Below, in pieces: positions 8,908 through 19,204 of a DNA stretch of 64,000 bases. Position numbers and translations under genes: made by a program. Each line of letters begins with the position of its first letter. The first letter of the stretch is position 1. The notes beneath the pieces are model-generated. The model did no database searches. It worked only from the letters and a program-made list of their open reading frames with translations, and had not been told where the DNA came from. The DNA is from an uncultured bacterium (GTDB lineage: Bacteria > Patescibacteriota > Saccharimonadia > Saccharimonadales > Saccharimonadaceae), in the NCBI GenBank assembly GCA_947084875.1, contig CAMTUF010000003.1:58644-122643 (forward strand), in the 5' to 3' direction.

Positions 8908-11061
8908 CTAGTAACCGAGGTTGTCGACTTTGACGATAGGGTCAATTTCGGGGGTGTCGGGGACGACGGGTTCAGGAAACGACTTGGGTGCAGGATTCTC
9001 GATGCGGTAGGTATTACCTGGCGTTACATCAGGACGTGGGCCGCGTTGCTTGTTATCACGCTGCTGACCACCTTGACCACCACCACTTCCACCAACTTCG
9101 TTGATGACTGGAATCACAATTGGTGTGCGACGTGTCTGATCGTACAGAATGTGAGTGATTTCGTCCTTGAGCTCTTTCTTGATAACGTCTAGGTCAACGC
9201 GTTTGGTTGAGAATGCGCGTGATACCTTTTGCTTCAAGTACTGACGAATGGTGCCCATTAGCTCTTCACTATCGCGTAGGTAAATGAAACCACGGCTAAT
9301 GATGTCGGGGCTGGTTAACAATCGTCCGCTGCCGCGTTGAACGGTCAGGACAACGACAAACATACCTTCGGTTGCCATGTGAATGCGGTCTTTAAGGACA
9401 ACTTCGGATACAACTGTACCGCTGTCGTCGTACATGATACCGCCAACAGGGATACGGCCTGCTTTTTTAGCACCTTCCGATGTAATCTCGACAACGTCTC
9501 CACTGTCACAAACAAAAATGTTTGCGCGTGGAATACCTGCTTCTTTTTCAGCAAGCTCGGCGTTGTGAACCAACATGTGGAACTCACCGTGAATTGGCAG
9601 GTAGTACTTTGGGTTCAAGGCGTTCACCAACTTGACGTGGTCGTCGTAGTAACCGTGACCCGAAAGGTGAAGTGGACCGATACCTGTTAGGTGGGTTTTG
9701 CCGTTTTGGATAACGTCACTTCCCTCTCGCATCAAACCATCAACCGTACGAACAACGTATTTCTCGTTACCAGGAATTGGATTTGAGCTAAAGACGATGA
9801 CGTCAGAGTTTTTAATCTTGATAAACTTGTGTGAACCAGATGCCATACGGTTAAGAACGGCGTTAAACTCACCCTGAGAACCAGTACAAATAATCGTCAC
9901 TTTGCCATCAGGCAACTTCACGATGTCTTCCATTTTGACCACAGTATCTTTAGGCACTTTGATGATACCAGCGCGAAGAGCGACTTCGAGGTTTTGGATC
10001 ATGCTGTAGCCTGCAAACGCGACCTTGCGATCGTGCTTTTTAGCTTCTTCCAAAATAACCTGCATACGGTGAATCTGAGACGAGAAACAGCTAAGGATTA
10101 AACGATTGTTTGGGTATTTCATCATAACTTGGCCCATTGACTCCTGAATATCAAACTCGCCGTGCGTATGAGTACCATCTGATTCACAGTTAGTTGATTC
10201 GTTCATCAGCAGCAGAATGCCTTCTTTGGTAGCGATTTCAGTTAGACGTTCGAGGTCAAATTTGCGACCATCAACAGGATTGTCTTCAAAACGCCAGTCA
10301 CCTGTGTCAATCAAAACACCGAGGGGTGTGCGAATGACGACAGCTGTCGCGTCAGGAATTGAGTGGTTTACTCGGACGAGTTCAATGCTGAAGCTATCGC
10401 CCAGTTGGGCACGTTCGTGCAGTTCAGGATTAAGCTCGTTATACTCAGGCTCGTAGCCGCTGGTTGACTCTTCCATCGTGCGCCCGACCATACCGAGTGT
10501 AAATTTACTGCCGTAGACTGGTGCAGGTAGTTTGTCAGCGATGTGGCGATAGGCACCAATGTGGTCAAGGTGTCCGTGAGTAAAGACGATGCCGCGAATC
10601 TTTTCTTTGTTTGCTTCGAGGTATGAAATATCAGGAATAATGTAGTTAATACCTGGGTAGTCAGCACCTGGGAATAGGAATCCACAGTCAATGATAATGA
10701 TGTCGTTATCATATTCGATCGCCATCATGTTTTTGCCAATGCCCATTTCACCAAGGCCACCAATTGGCATAATGCGTAGTTTTGGACCGTTTGTACGTGG
10801 CTGTTTTTTGAAGTCAGCTGGGCTGAACTGCTTGCCGTCGTAACCGTTATAGAGAGATTTGTTTACAGGTACGTTAATGATGTGTTGAGACGCACGGACG
10901 TTAACGTCTTCGCTAGTACGGCGCTGTGCGCGAAATACTTCACCCTTACGAGTTTGCGTATTTGCAAGGACCGTATTATTTGATTTTGGTCGTGGCTGAT
11001 TGTTATTCGGCCGTTTGTTGGGGTTGTCCCCCTGTGGGGTAGCGAGTCTTTGTTGACCCAT
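8908..11061 (-). CDS. rnj: ribonuclease J (metallo-beta-lactamase/beta-CASP)
   Basis: 717 aa with the HGHLDHIG motif and beta-CASP architecture, plus a basic N-terminal extension and a G/Q/P-rich C-terminal extension. Confidence 0.9.
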   Translation of the reverse strand: MGQQRLATPQGDNPNKRPNNNQPRPKSNNTVLANTQTRKGEVFRAQRRTSEDVNVRASQHIINVPVNKSLYNGYDGKQFSPADFKKQPRTNGPKLRIMPIGGLGEMGIGKNMMAIEYDNDIIIIDCGFLFPGADYPGINYIIPDISYLEANKEKIRGIVFTHGHLDHIGAYRHIADKLPAPVYGSKFTLGMVGRTMEESTSGYEPEYNELNPELHERAQLGDSFSIELVRVNHSIPDATAVVIRTPLGVLIDTGDWRFEDNPVDGRKFDLERLTEIATKEGILLLMNESTNCESDGTHTHGEFDIQESMGQVMMKYPNNRLILSCFSSQIHRMQVILEEAKKHDRKVAFAGYSMIQNLEVALRAGIIKVPKDTVVKMEDIVKLPDGKVTIICTGSQGEFNAVLNRMASGSHKFIKIKNSDVIVFSSNPIPGNEKYVVRTVDGLMREGSDVIQNGKTHLTGIGPLHLSGHGYYDDHVKLVNALNPKYYLPIHGEFHMLVHNAELAEKEAGIPRANIFVCDSGDVVEITSEGAKKAGRIPVGGIMYDDSGTVVSEVVLKDRIHMATEGMFVVVLTVQRGSGRLLTSPDIISRGFIYLRDSEELMGTIRQYLKQKVSRAFSTKRVDLDVIKKELKDEITHILYDQTRRTPIVIPVINEVGGSGGGQGGQQRDNKQRGPRPDVTPGNTYRIENPAPKSFPEPVVPDTPEIDPIVKVDNLGY

Positions 11062-11063
11062 AG

Positions 11064-11654
11064 TTATTGTTTCTCCTTTTCAAGGATATTAATTATTGTT
11101 GGTAACTTCTGAAAGTCTTCGATCAGTGTCGCGCGCAGACTGCCGTTATAGAGGGCTGCTGCTGGATGGTATAGCGGGACGATCACGATCTTGGTATCGC
11201 CAAACGGTACTCGTTTTGGTTGACCATGAATCATGCTGATCTTCATATCAGGCAGGAAATATTCCATGCTGTGCCTGCCTAATGTCACCACGATCTTTGG
11301 TCGAATGATATCTAGCTGACGCACCAAGTAGGGCCAAAAAGCCTTCTTTTCCTCTGGTAGTGGGTCTCTGTTGTTGGGTGGACGGTATTTTACGATGTTG
11401 GTAATATAGATGTCACTGCGATCCATACCAACGGTTGCAAGCATTTCATTCAAGAACTTACCCGCAGCACCGACGAACGGCAGGCCTGTTTCGTCTTCGT
11501 TTTTGCCTGGAGCTTCACCGATAAGTACAATGTCTGCATCGATGTTCCCGTCACCCATGACAAGGTTCTTGGCCGTCTTAGCCAAATCTGGACATATATT
11601 ATTGTCTATAATATCTGCCCTAATCTGCTCAAGAAGTGTCTCTTTCTTGTTCAC
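11064..11654 (-). CDS. uracil-DNA glycosylase, family 4
   Basis: The GEAPGKNEDETGLPFVGAAGKFLNEML motif is characteristic of family-4 UDG. 196 aa. Confidence 0.85.
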   Translation of the reverse strand: MNKKETLLEQIRADIIDNNICPDLAKTAKNLVMGDGNIDADIVLIGEAPGKNEDETGLPFVGAAGKFLNEMLATVGMDRSDIYITNIVKYRPPNNRDPLPEEKKAFWPYLVRQLDIIRPKIVVTLGRHSMEYFLPDMKISMIHGQPKRVPFGDTKIVIVPLYHPAAALYNGSLRATLIEDFQKLPTIINILEKEKQ

Positions 11655-11874
11655 TTTACCCCATTACAAGACTGTGTTTAGTACCTTAATAGTAGCACAG
11701 TCGACCGTTTTTCGCAATAGCTGCTCTGCCCCTCTCGGCCGTAGCTGAAAATAAGCTGAACAAAGGATAATCCCTTGCAGAGGTTCTTTTCAGGCTGAAG
11801 AAACTTTTGTCATGTGGCTATGGTGTAGCGACAGATATAGCCAAGATGCGGATAATCCGTTATTATATAGGTAC

Positions 11875-13440
11875 ATGGCCACCAAAAACGACCAATCTCC
11901 TGTTTTAGTAGTTGATTACGGCGCCCAGTATGCGCAGCTTATCGCCCGCCGCGTCCGCGAAGCCAAGATCTATTCTGAAATCGTGCCATCAAGCATGTCG
12001 ACTGAAGACATGTTGGCCAAAAAACCAAGTGCAATTATCCTGTCTGGCGGTCCTTCGTCTGTGTATAGCGAAGGTGCACCTCAAACTGATTCTGCCCTCT
12101 TTAAAGCAGATGTTCCTGTGTTTGGTATCTGTTATGGCTTCCAATCAATGACCCAAGCACTTGGTGGCGTCGTTGATCACACAGGTAAATCTGAGTTTGG
12201 ACGCACTGCCCTGACTATCTCGCGAAGTGGGAAGTTATTTAGTGACGAGCCAAACGATCAAGAAGTGTGGATGAGTCACGGAGATGCTGTGATTGAAGCT
12301 CCAGACGGCTTTGAAGTCGCTGCTTCAACTGTTGGGACTCCTATTGCGGCATTTGAACACACTTCCCTGCCACTTGCTGGTGTACAGTTTCATCCTGAAG
12401 TGTTGCATACAAAATATGGTCAGAAAACACTCGAGAACTTCCTATATGACATCGCTGGTTTGAAGCCTACATGGACTGCAACGAACATTATCGAAGACCA
12501 AGTTGCCATCATTAAAGAAACTGTTGGTGATAAGCGAGTCATTTGTGGATTATCTGGCGGTGTTGACTCTGCTGTTGCTGCAGCCTTAGTGCAAAAAGCA
12601 ATCGGATCACAACTCACCTGTGTATTTGTTGATCATGGTTTGCTGCGTTCAGGCGAAGCCGAGCAAGTCGAAAAAGACTTTGTTGCAGCAACTGGCGTAT
12701 CGCTGAAAGTTGTTGATGCACGTGACCAGTTCTTGGGCGAGCTGAAAGACGTGACTGACCCTGAAACAAAGCGCAAAATTATTGGTCGTGAATTTATTCG
12801 TACCTTTGAGCAAGCTGCTCGCGAAATCGTCGCTGAAAGTGATGAGCCTGTTGAGTTCTTAGTCCAAGGAACCCTGTATCCTGACGTTGTTGAATCTGGT
12901 GGTGGTACTGGTACGTCCAACATAAAGAGTCACCACAACGTTGGTGGACTACCTGACGACTTGCAGTTTAAATTGATTGAACCGCTCCGTGCACTATTTA
13001 AAGACGAAGTACGACAGATCGGCCGCGACCTAGGATTACCTGAAGTTATTGTCGGACGACAACCCTTCCCAGGACCTGGACTTGGTATCCGTATTATTGG
13101 TGCAGTCACTGCAGAACGTTTAGACCTGCTACGTAAAGCCGACCTGATTGCTCGTGAAGAACTGACCAAAGCAGGTCTGGATGAAAGTATTTGGCAATGT
13201 CCTGTTGTACTCTTAGCCGACGTTCGATCAGTCGGCGTAAAAGGCGATGGCCGCACCTATGGTCATCCGATCGTTCTACGTCCTGTTAGCAGCGAAGACG
13301 CAATGACTGCCGATTGGAGTCGTATCCCCTACGATACGCTTGCTGCTATTTCTAACCGCATCACCAATGAAATTGACGAAGTAAACCGCGTCGTATTAGA
13401 CGTTACCAGCAAACCACCTGGCACTATTGAGTGGGAATAG
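11875..13440 (+). CDS. guaA: GMP synthase (glutamine-hydrolysing)
   Basis: GATase domain (ICYGFQ) and ATP-PPase motif SGGVDSAV, ending in the canonical C-terminal ...GTIEWE. The start was moved to ATG 11875 ([19 protein letters not shown]), which matches the usual N-terminus. Confidence 0.95.
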   Translation: MATKNDQSPVLVVDYGAQYAQLIARRVREAKIYSEIVPSSMSTEDMLAKKPSAIILSGGPSSVYSEGAPQTDSALFKADVPVFGICYGFQSMTQALGGVVDHTGKSEFGRTALTISRSGKLFSDEPNDQEVWMSHGDAVIEAPDGFEVAASTVGTPIAAFEHTSLPLAGVQFHPEVLHTKYGQKTLENFLYDIAGLKPTWTATNIIEDQVAIIKETVGDKRVICGLSGGVDSAVAAALVQKAIGSQLTCVFVDHGLLRSGEAEQVEKDFVAATGVSLKVVDARDQFLGELKDVTDPETKRKIIGREFIRTFEQAAREIVAESDEPVEFLVQGTLYPDVVESGGGTGTSNIKSHHNVGGLPDDLQFKLIEPLRALFKDEVRQIGRDLGLPEVIVGRQPFPGPGLGIRIIGAVTAERLDLLRKADLIAREELTKAGLDESIWQCPVVLLADVRSVGVKGDGRTYGHPIVLRPVSSEDAMTADWSRIPYDTLAAISNRITNEIDEVNRVVLDVTSKPPGTIEWE

Positions 13441-13476
13441 ATAATAGCTCACAATTTGTGAGCTATTATCTTTTTA
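13441..13476. terminator. bidirectional rho-independent terminator between guaA and pnp
   Basis: Perfect hairpin ATAATAGCTCAC-aatt-GTGAGCTATTAT followed by a T-run. Confidence 0.75.
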
Positions 13477-13485
13477 GACCGAGTG

Positions 13486-15606
13486 TTACTCGATATTTTT
13501 AAGGCTGAGACTGAGGCGCCCGCGATCATCGATGCCAATTAACTTGGCTTTGACGATTTGGCCTTCGTGCAAGATGTCTTCGACTTTTTCGACGCGCTTG
13601 TCAGCAAGTTCGCTGATGTGTACCATGCCGTCAATACCAGGCATGATGTTAATGAACGCACCGAAGTCTTTGATTGAGACAACTTTACCTTCGTACACTG
13701 TGCCGACTTCTGGCTCTTCAGTGAGGCCTTTGATCCACGCGATCGCTTTTTCGATTGCGGCAGTGTCAACAGCAGCGATCGTAATGAGTCCATCGTCGTT
13801 AATGTCGATTTGTGTACCAGTTTCAGCGGTGATTTGTTTGATCATGTCACCACCTTTACCAATCACAGCACCGATCTTGTCAGGATTAATCATGAGTTTC
13901 TCGATACGAGGTGCGTATGGAGATAGCTTTTCTCGCGGCTGTGCGAGCGTTTCAAGCATGTGCTTGAGAATGTGCGCACGACCTGGTTTTGCTGCTTCAA
14001 GTGCTTTTTTGAGTGTTGCAACAGGCAAACCGTGGACCTTCATGTCCATTTGGATAGCAGTAATGCCGTTTGCTGTACCCGTCACCTTGAAGTCCATGTC
14101 ACCAGCAAAATCTTCGGCGTCAGCAATGTCAGAAAGCACGTATGGTGTATCCCCGTCGAGCATTAATCCCATAGCAATACCAGATACAGGTGCTTTTAGT
14201 GGTACGCCAGCATCCATAAGAGCCAAGATCGAGCTACAAGTTGCTGCCATTGATGTTGAACCGTTTTGGCTCATGATTTCGGTGACGCTGCGAATAGCAT
14301 ATGGGAAATCCTCGATGCTCGGCAGTACTGGTTCAACGGCGCGTTCCGCAAGATAACCGTGGCCAATTTCGCGACGTCCAGGACCACTCAATCGTCGAAC
14401 TTCACCAACTGTATAGCCGGGCGCGTTGTAGTGGTGCATGTAGCGACGTTCGTAGTCGTTTTGTTCCATGCTATCAACCATCTGAGAGAAGCTAAGTGGT
14501 GCAAGTGTCACAATATTGAGACCCTGTGTAATACCACGAGTAAAGATTGACGAACCGTGCGTACGAGGTAATACGCCTACTTCGCTAGACAGCGGGCGAA
14601 TTTCGTCAAGTTTGCGGCCGTCTGGACGCAGTTGGTGCTCAACGATACCTTTACGGACGTCTTTGTGAAGCGCCATTGAAAATGCCTCATCATATTCACC
14701 CTGCAACGCTTTATATTCTTCCTCACCGACACTTTCGATCATCGCGGTGTGGAATTGGTCGCGTAGGGTTGCAACTAATTCGTTACGCTCTGGGTATGGC
14801 AAACGAATGTCTTCACCTAACTTACCGTCAACCCAAGCATCAACTGCTTTTTGAATATCTTCATTTGGTAGGATAAGTTCGTATTCAAGCGGTGTCACAC
14901 CGACTTTTTTAGCAAGTTCCTGCTGTGCTGCGATGGCGGGTTGATACGCATCGTATGCCCAAGCAAGGGCCTCTGCGACAACGTCTTCAGAGACTTCATT
15001 CGCACCAGCTTCAACCATGGTAATACCGCTGGCAGTGCCTGCAACAACAAGATCGAGGTCGCTTGCTCCACGCTCTTCGGGGGTTGCAAACGCCTTAAAT
15101 TCACCGTTCACACGTGCTACGCGAAGGCCTGCAACAGGACCATCAAACGGTGCACCAGTAAGTGTTAGTGCAGCCGAGGCAGCGATCATCGCAACCATAT
15201 CAGGACGGAAAGTTGGATCCATTGAAAGGACTGTGGCAACGTTCTGGACTTCTTGGCGATAGCCTTTTGGAAACAGTGGACGGATAGGTCGGTCAATCAA
15301 ACGACCGATCAAAATTGCCTCGTCACTTGGGCGTCCTTCACGTTTGATGAAGCGACTGCCGCTGATTTTACCTGCTGCATAGAACTTCTCTTCATAGTCA
15401 ATTGATAGCGGGAAATAGTCCATACCACTAATCGCCTTTTTACTGACCATAGCGGTTCCAAGAACGACTGTTTCGCCGTACGTTACGAGAACACTGGCGC
15501 TGGTACGGAATCCAACACGATTCACCTCGAGCGTGAGTGTACGTCCCGCAAGCTGCGTTTCTACTTTAATAATATTTTTACCGTAAGGGTTAATAATTGC
15601 CATCAT
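13486..15606 (-). CDS. pnp: polyribonucleotide nucleotidyltransferase (PNPase)
   Basis: 706 aa with two RNase PH domains, KH and S1 domains, and an AGGAGG SD. Confidence 0.96.
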   Translation of the reverse strand: MMAIINPYGKNIIKVETQLAGRTLTLEVNRVGFRTSASVLVTYGETVVLGTAMVSKKAISGMDYFPLSIDYEEKFYAAGKISGSRFIKREGRPSDEAILIGRLIDRPIRPLFPKGYRQEVQNVATVLSMDPTFRPDMVAMIAASAALTLTGAPFDGPVAGLRVARVNGEFKAFATPEERGASDLDLVVAGTASGITMVEAGANEVSEDVVAEALAWAYDAYQPAIAAQQELAKKVGVTPLEYELILPNEDIQKAVDAWVDGKLGEDIRLPYPERNELVATLRDQFHTAMIESVGEEEYKALQGEYDEAFSMALHKDVRKGIVEHQLRPDGRKLDEIRPLSSEVGVLPRTHGSSIFTRGITQGLNIVTLAPLSFSQMVDSMEQNDYERRYMHHYNAPGYTVGEVRRLSGPGRREIGHGYLAERAVEPVLPSIEDFPYAIRSVTEIMSQNGSTSMAATCSSILALMDAGVPLKAPVSGIAMGLMLDGDTPYVLSDIADAEDFAGDMDFKVTGTANGITAIQMDMKVHGLPVATLKKALEAAKPGRAHILKHMLETLAQPREKLSPYAPRIEKLMINPDKIGAVIGKGGDMIKQITAETGTQIDINDDGLITIAAVDTAAIEKAIAWIKGLTEEPEVGTVYEGKVVSIKDFGAFINIMPGIDGMVHISELADKRVEKVEDILHEGQIVKAKLIGIDDRGRLSLSLKNIE

Positions 15607-15736
15607 GGCCTCCTCTTATGCCCCAAGTTCGATAAGTAACGGGTGCAGATTTTCTTGTTGATCCAAGAATTCCTGTATCCACTACTTACAACCGAAAACT
15701 TTAGGGTTTTTATTACCCTCATATTATACCTTGAAG

Positions 15737-16117
15737 TTACGGTAAGAGAAAGACACCAATCGTCACGATAGCAGCGATACCAGCAGATAATCCTGCAATC
15801 AGCAGGGCTTTGCGTTGGTCTTTGCGACGGTAGGCTGCTTTTTCAACACTTTCCTCTGTACCAAGGCTTGCACCCATATTGAAAAGCCCCATTGTGCCAA
15901 AACGAACGCAAAAGTGGAATTTTGCCTGTAAATAATTAGTTGCGCTGATGACTGCTGGAATGAATAGTAAGAGGCGGACTGGTCCTGTCACTCCTGCAAC
16001 CATAAAGACGGCGAACATAATGACCGTGACATACAAAGCAACGATGCCTGTCGTTTTACGCAGCTTTATTTCTGCGGGACCAATATTACAAACGCCAGGT
16101 ATATATGTTGTGCTCAT
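15737..16117 (-). CDS. hypothetical membrane protein
   Basis: 126 aa with 3 predicted TM helices. No family recognised. Confidence 0.5.
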   Translation of the reverse strand: MSTTYIPGVCNIGPAEIKLRKTTGIVALYVTVIMFAVFMVAGVTGPVRLLLFIPAVISATNYLQAKFHFCVRFGTMGLFNMGASLGTEESVEKAAYRRKDQRKALLIAGLSAGIAAIVTIGVFLLP

Positions 16118-16165
16118 AGTGGTCCATTATACATGAGCTTTTAGATGATTTTATAGATTGATAAA

Positions 16166-16192
16166 GAAAAACTCCGCAGTTTACTTGCGGAG
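16166..16192 (-). terminator. rho-independent terminator of rpsO (overlaps its stop codon)
   Basis: Minus-strand hairpin CTCCGCA-agtaaac-TGCGGAG followed by TTTTT. Confidence 0.6.
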
Positions 16193-16447
16193 TCCGAGTG
16201 CTGCGACTGTTGCCTTGTAGGCATCAAAGTCTTTGGTTTCAAGGTATTTTAGCAGTTTCTTGCGGCGACCAACCATCTGAATAAGACCACGACGAGCCAT
16301 GTTGTCGTGCTTGTTAGTCTGCAAATGAGCAGTAATTTCTTTGATACGAGTCGTGAGAACTGAAACTTGTGCCTGAGGCGAACCAACGTCAGTCTTGTGA
16401 GTTTGTGTCAAAGCGAATGCTTTTGCTTTATTGTCTGCTGTAATCAT
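16181..16447 (-). CDS. rpsO: 30S ribosomal protein S15
   Basis: 88-aa form starting MITADNKAKAF..., with GSPQAQVSVLTTRI..IT.HL..NKHD..ARRGL..MVGRRKKLLKYL. The track ORF extension overlaps truB and is unlikely to be real. Confidence 0.92.
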   Translation of the reverse strand: MITADNKAKAFALTQTHKTDVGSPQAQVSVLTTRIKEITAHLQTNKHDNMARRGLIQMVGRRKKLLKYLETKDFDAYKATVAALGLRK

Positions 16448-16481
16448 CAGATACGTACTATACCAAAGTTTTACACAGGTT

Positions 16482-17144
16482 TCAAGGGTGAAGTACACCG
16501 AATTCTTGGAGTGTCTGAGCGTCTTCGATCTTCCACTTCCCTATTGCGATGCGACGAAGCTGATTACAGTACGCACTTGTTCCAAGATCACGGCCTATAT
16601 CTTCGGCCAGTGTTCGAATATAGGTGCCGCTACTGACGTGAGCTCGAATTTTTAATTCAGGATACGTGTAGTCAATCAGATCCAGACTATGGATAGTAAT
16701 CTGACGTTCAGGCATTTCAACGGTCTTACCCGCACGCGCCAGGGTGTACGCACGTTGACCGCCAATTTTTATCGCACTATAGATGGGCGGTCGTTGCACG
16801 ATGTCCCCTGTATATTGCTTGAAGATGTCCATGATCTGCTCTTTCGTCGGTATTTCATTCGATACGTCTGTAATCTCGCCTTCGGGATCTCCTGTTGTGG
16901 AGCTTTGTCCTAAACGAATGGTCGCTTCATAGACTTTATCGAGCTTGCTGTACATTTCAGCGTTCTTGCATTCTTTACCGACGACAATAATCATCAGTCC
17001 TGTCGCAAATGGGTCGAGTGTCCCCGTGTGCCCTACCTTTACTTTCTTGCCCTGCTGCTGACTAAGAAGGCGTCTGACACGCGCAACAACGCCAAAGCTA
17101 GTCATCTCAGCAGGCTTATCAATCAAAATCGTTCCGTCGATCAT
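16482..17144 (-). CDS. truB: tRNA pseudouridine(55) synthase TruB
   Basis: GILIDKP..MTS motif equivalent, the catalytic GHTGTLDP motif, and truB-rpsO-pnp synteny. Confidence 0.9.
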   Translation of the reverse strand: MIDGTILIDKPAEMTSFGVVARVRRLLSQQQGKKVKVGHTGTLDPFATGLMIIVVGKECKNAEMYSKLDKVYEATIRLGQSSTTGDPEGEITDVSNEIPTKEQIMDIFKQYTGDIVQRPPIYSAIKIGGQRAYTLARAGKTVEMPERQITIHSLDLIDYTYPELKIRAHVSSGTYIRTLAEDIGRDLGTSAYCNQLRRIAIGKWKIEDAQTLQEFGVLHP

Positions 17145-17196
17145 AGTTTACCTAGTATACATAAACGCCCGATCTTTGTCGGGCGTTTTGCTTTGT

Positions 17197-19068
17197 CTAT
17201 TGTCCTGGAATCTTAAATTGACCAGGGTCGTTTGTTGCTGGCGGAGGTGATGCCAAGATATCACCTAGACGTTCAGGTGCAGCAGCTGGTTGAGGCAAGG
17301 AATCAAGCGCATATGGCGAAGCAGCGGGCGTTGGGAGGGCCCCAAAATCTGGCAGCGGTGGTGGTGGCGGCAAAGTAATGCCAGGTGCTGGCGAGAACGC
17401 ACCAGGAGTGGCAGGTACGCCACCATACGCTGCGTTCACAGCCGCAAGCGCGTCGTCTCGTGACGCTTCATCACGACTCTTTTCAAGTGCAGGCGCAGGA
17501 ACGGCAAGTGTATCTACAGGGCTAGGCGCAGTGAGAGGACTCGTGCTAGGGAGCGTCGGTGCAGGTGGTGGCGTCGCAAAGATATCAACACCTCCCGCGT
17601 CGGCTGAATCGGTTACAGGCAAACCGAACGATGGAGAGGCACCACCGAGATATGAGTGTTTGCTTACCTCTTCTGATGGTGCTGGTACGAGTGGATCAGG
17701 TGTTGGTGTCAGAGGACTGAGTGGACTTGTCATACTTGAGTCAGGAAGAGTTGGCGCAGGTGGCATCACAGGGCTTGGCTGAATCAATGGACTGCTAAGA
17801 GGCTGAAGAGAGTCAGTCGTTGGCATAAGTGGCGTAATAGTCGGAGGAGCTGGTGGTGGTGCCAGAGGAGTTGTCATTTCAGGTAATGGTGGAGGTGTTG
17901 CAGGCACGATCGGCTCGACAACAAGTGGCGCCGTAGGAGCTGGAATAGGAGGCGCAGTTGGAACGCCACCGAGTAATGGCTGAACTGTCGGTGTGGCTGG
18001 AGCTTCTGCTGGAGCATCTGGATCCAGTGCGTAGGCATCCGCTATCTTACCGATAACAGGTGGTGCCGTGACTGGAGGAGTATCGATTGTGGCAGGTGGT
18101 GCAATAACAGGTTCAACGACGGGCGCTACGACTACTGGAGCAGCCGTTGGTGCTGGAGTTGGTGGCGCCACGACAGCAGGTGCTACCTCCTCATGAGTAA
18201 TAGCCATCCCCTCTTTGGTTGGGACGCTTGGAGGAACAATTCCCGACTCAACTAATGGTGTTGTGTACGCTGAATTGCTACCCGTCGGTGTCGCACCCGC
18301 ACCGATTTCGTGTGACTCTTGTAATTTAGCCGCAATAAGTTGTTGGTCGGCACCAGCTGCCATTAATTGTGCAGCCATCGTCATTACTTTCGACGAAGTT
18401 TTCGTATTACTAAAACGATCAGTTTCAGCCACGATACCAGTCAGCAGCGCCGTGGCGACTTGCTGATCGATGAGCGGTGTATCGGTTTGCAGTGATTCTG
18501 TTAAACCAACAACCATCTCACTCAAACTACTTGTTGTTGCGTCATGCCAATCAATACTACCAAGGCTGCTTGATGTCTCGCCCGTACTGATTGTGACTAC
18601 CGTCGCATCGTGCAAAATACTGCCATGAGCCTCAAGAGCAGCGTCCAAGTGTGTCTGGTTCTCAACTCCGAGTGCCAAGACTAACTCGACGTTGTAGTCA
18701 CCCTGACTAAACTCGAGATCTTCGTTACTGATTGTTGTGCGGTATGGGGTAATGAATATTTTAACTAAGTCACCTTCGACTTTGTAACGGAGGTGGTCGG
18801 CCTTTTCCTTATCAAGGGCGATAATGAAGTCACGAAGGCTATCGATTGATGCCTCAAAGGTTTTTTCTGGGTCAAGAAATGTTATTGCTGGTGGAGTTGC
18901 ACCACTAAAAATGGCAGTTGTGTGTTTGCCAAGTTTATTCAAGATAACCGTCAGTCCAATTGCAGCTGATAACGCATCAACAGAAGGGTCTTTACTGACG
19001 GTCACTAAAACATTAGTCGAGTTGGTAATTTTCTCAACTATCTGACTTTTCGTTTTAGCTTCGTTCAT
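17197..19068 (-). CDS. DHH/DHHA1-like (NrnA/CnpB-position) protein with degenerate catalytic motifs and a long proline-rich C-terminal region
   Basis: The N-terminal ~250 aa resemble the DHH-family fold, and the gene sits directly upstream of truB as nrnA does in many genomes. The DHH and DxD motifs are not identifiable by eye. The C-terminal ~370 aa are P/A/T-rich low complexity. Confidence 0.5.
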   Translation of the reverse strand: MNEAKTKSQIVEKITNSTNVLVTVSKDPSVDALSAAIGLTVILNKLGKHTTAIFSGATPPAITFLDPEKTFEASIDSLRDFIIALDKEKADHLRYKVEGDLVKIFITPYRTTISNEDLEFSQGDYNVELVLALGVENQTHLDAALEAHGSILHDATVVTISTGETSSSLGSIDWHDATTSSLSEMVVGLTESLQTDTPLIDQQVATALLTGIVAETDRFSNTKTSSKVMTMAAQLMAAGADQQLIAAKLQESHEIGAGATPTGSNSAYTTPLVESGIVPPSVPTKEGMAITHEEVAPAVVAPPTPAPTAAPVVVAPVVEPVIAPPATIDTPPVTAPPVIGKIADAYALDPDAPAEAPATPTVQPLLGGVPTAPPIPAPTAPLVVEPIVPATPPPLPEMTTPLAPPPAPPTITPLMPTTDSLQPLSSPLIQPSPVMPPAPTLPDSSMTSPLSPLTPTPDPLVPAPSEEVSKHSYLGGASPSFGLPVTDSADAGGVDIFATPPPAPTLPSTSPLTAPSPVDTLAVPAPALEKSRDEASRDDALAAVNAAYGGVPATPGAFSPAPGITLPPPPPLPDFGALPTPAASPYALDSLPQPAAAPERLGDILASPPPATNDPGQFKIPGQ

Positions 19069-19204
19069 GGTGGTTTTACCTTGGTGTTTATTTTGATTCT
19101 AGTAGAACTAGAGTTTGGTGCCACTATACCATAAGAGGTTTCAAGGAGTCAATAAAATACTATTTTTGTTTGATCTGTAAAAACAGATCCAAATCCTTAC
19201 TTTT

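Noticed and set aside
11655-11874. Purine (guanine) riboswitch upstream of guaA
   Set aside because: The conserved J1/2, J2/3 and P2/P3 loop sequences of the purine riboswitch are absent. Only short unrelated hairpins were found.
17197-18300. Tandem DNA repeat or minisatellite in the proline-rich coding region
   Set aside because: The periodicity exists only at the amino-acid composition level (PAPTAP/APPVT-like). I could not find exact or near-exact nucleotide repeat units, so it is low-complexity coding sequence rather than a repeat array.
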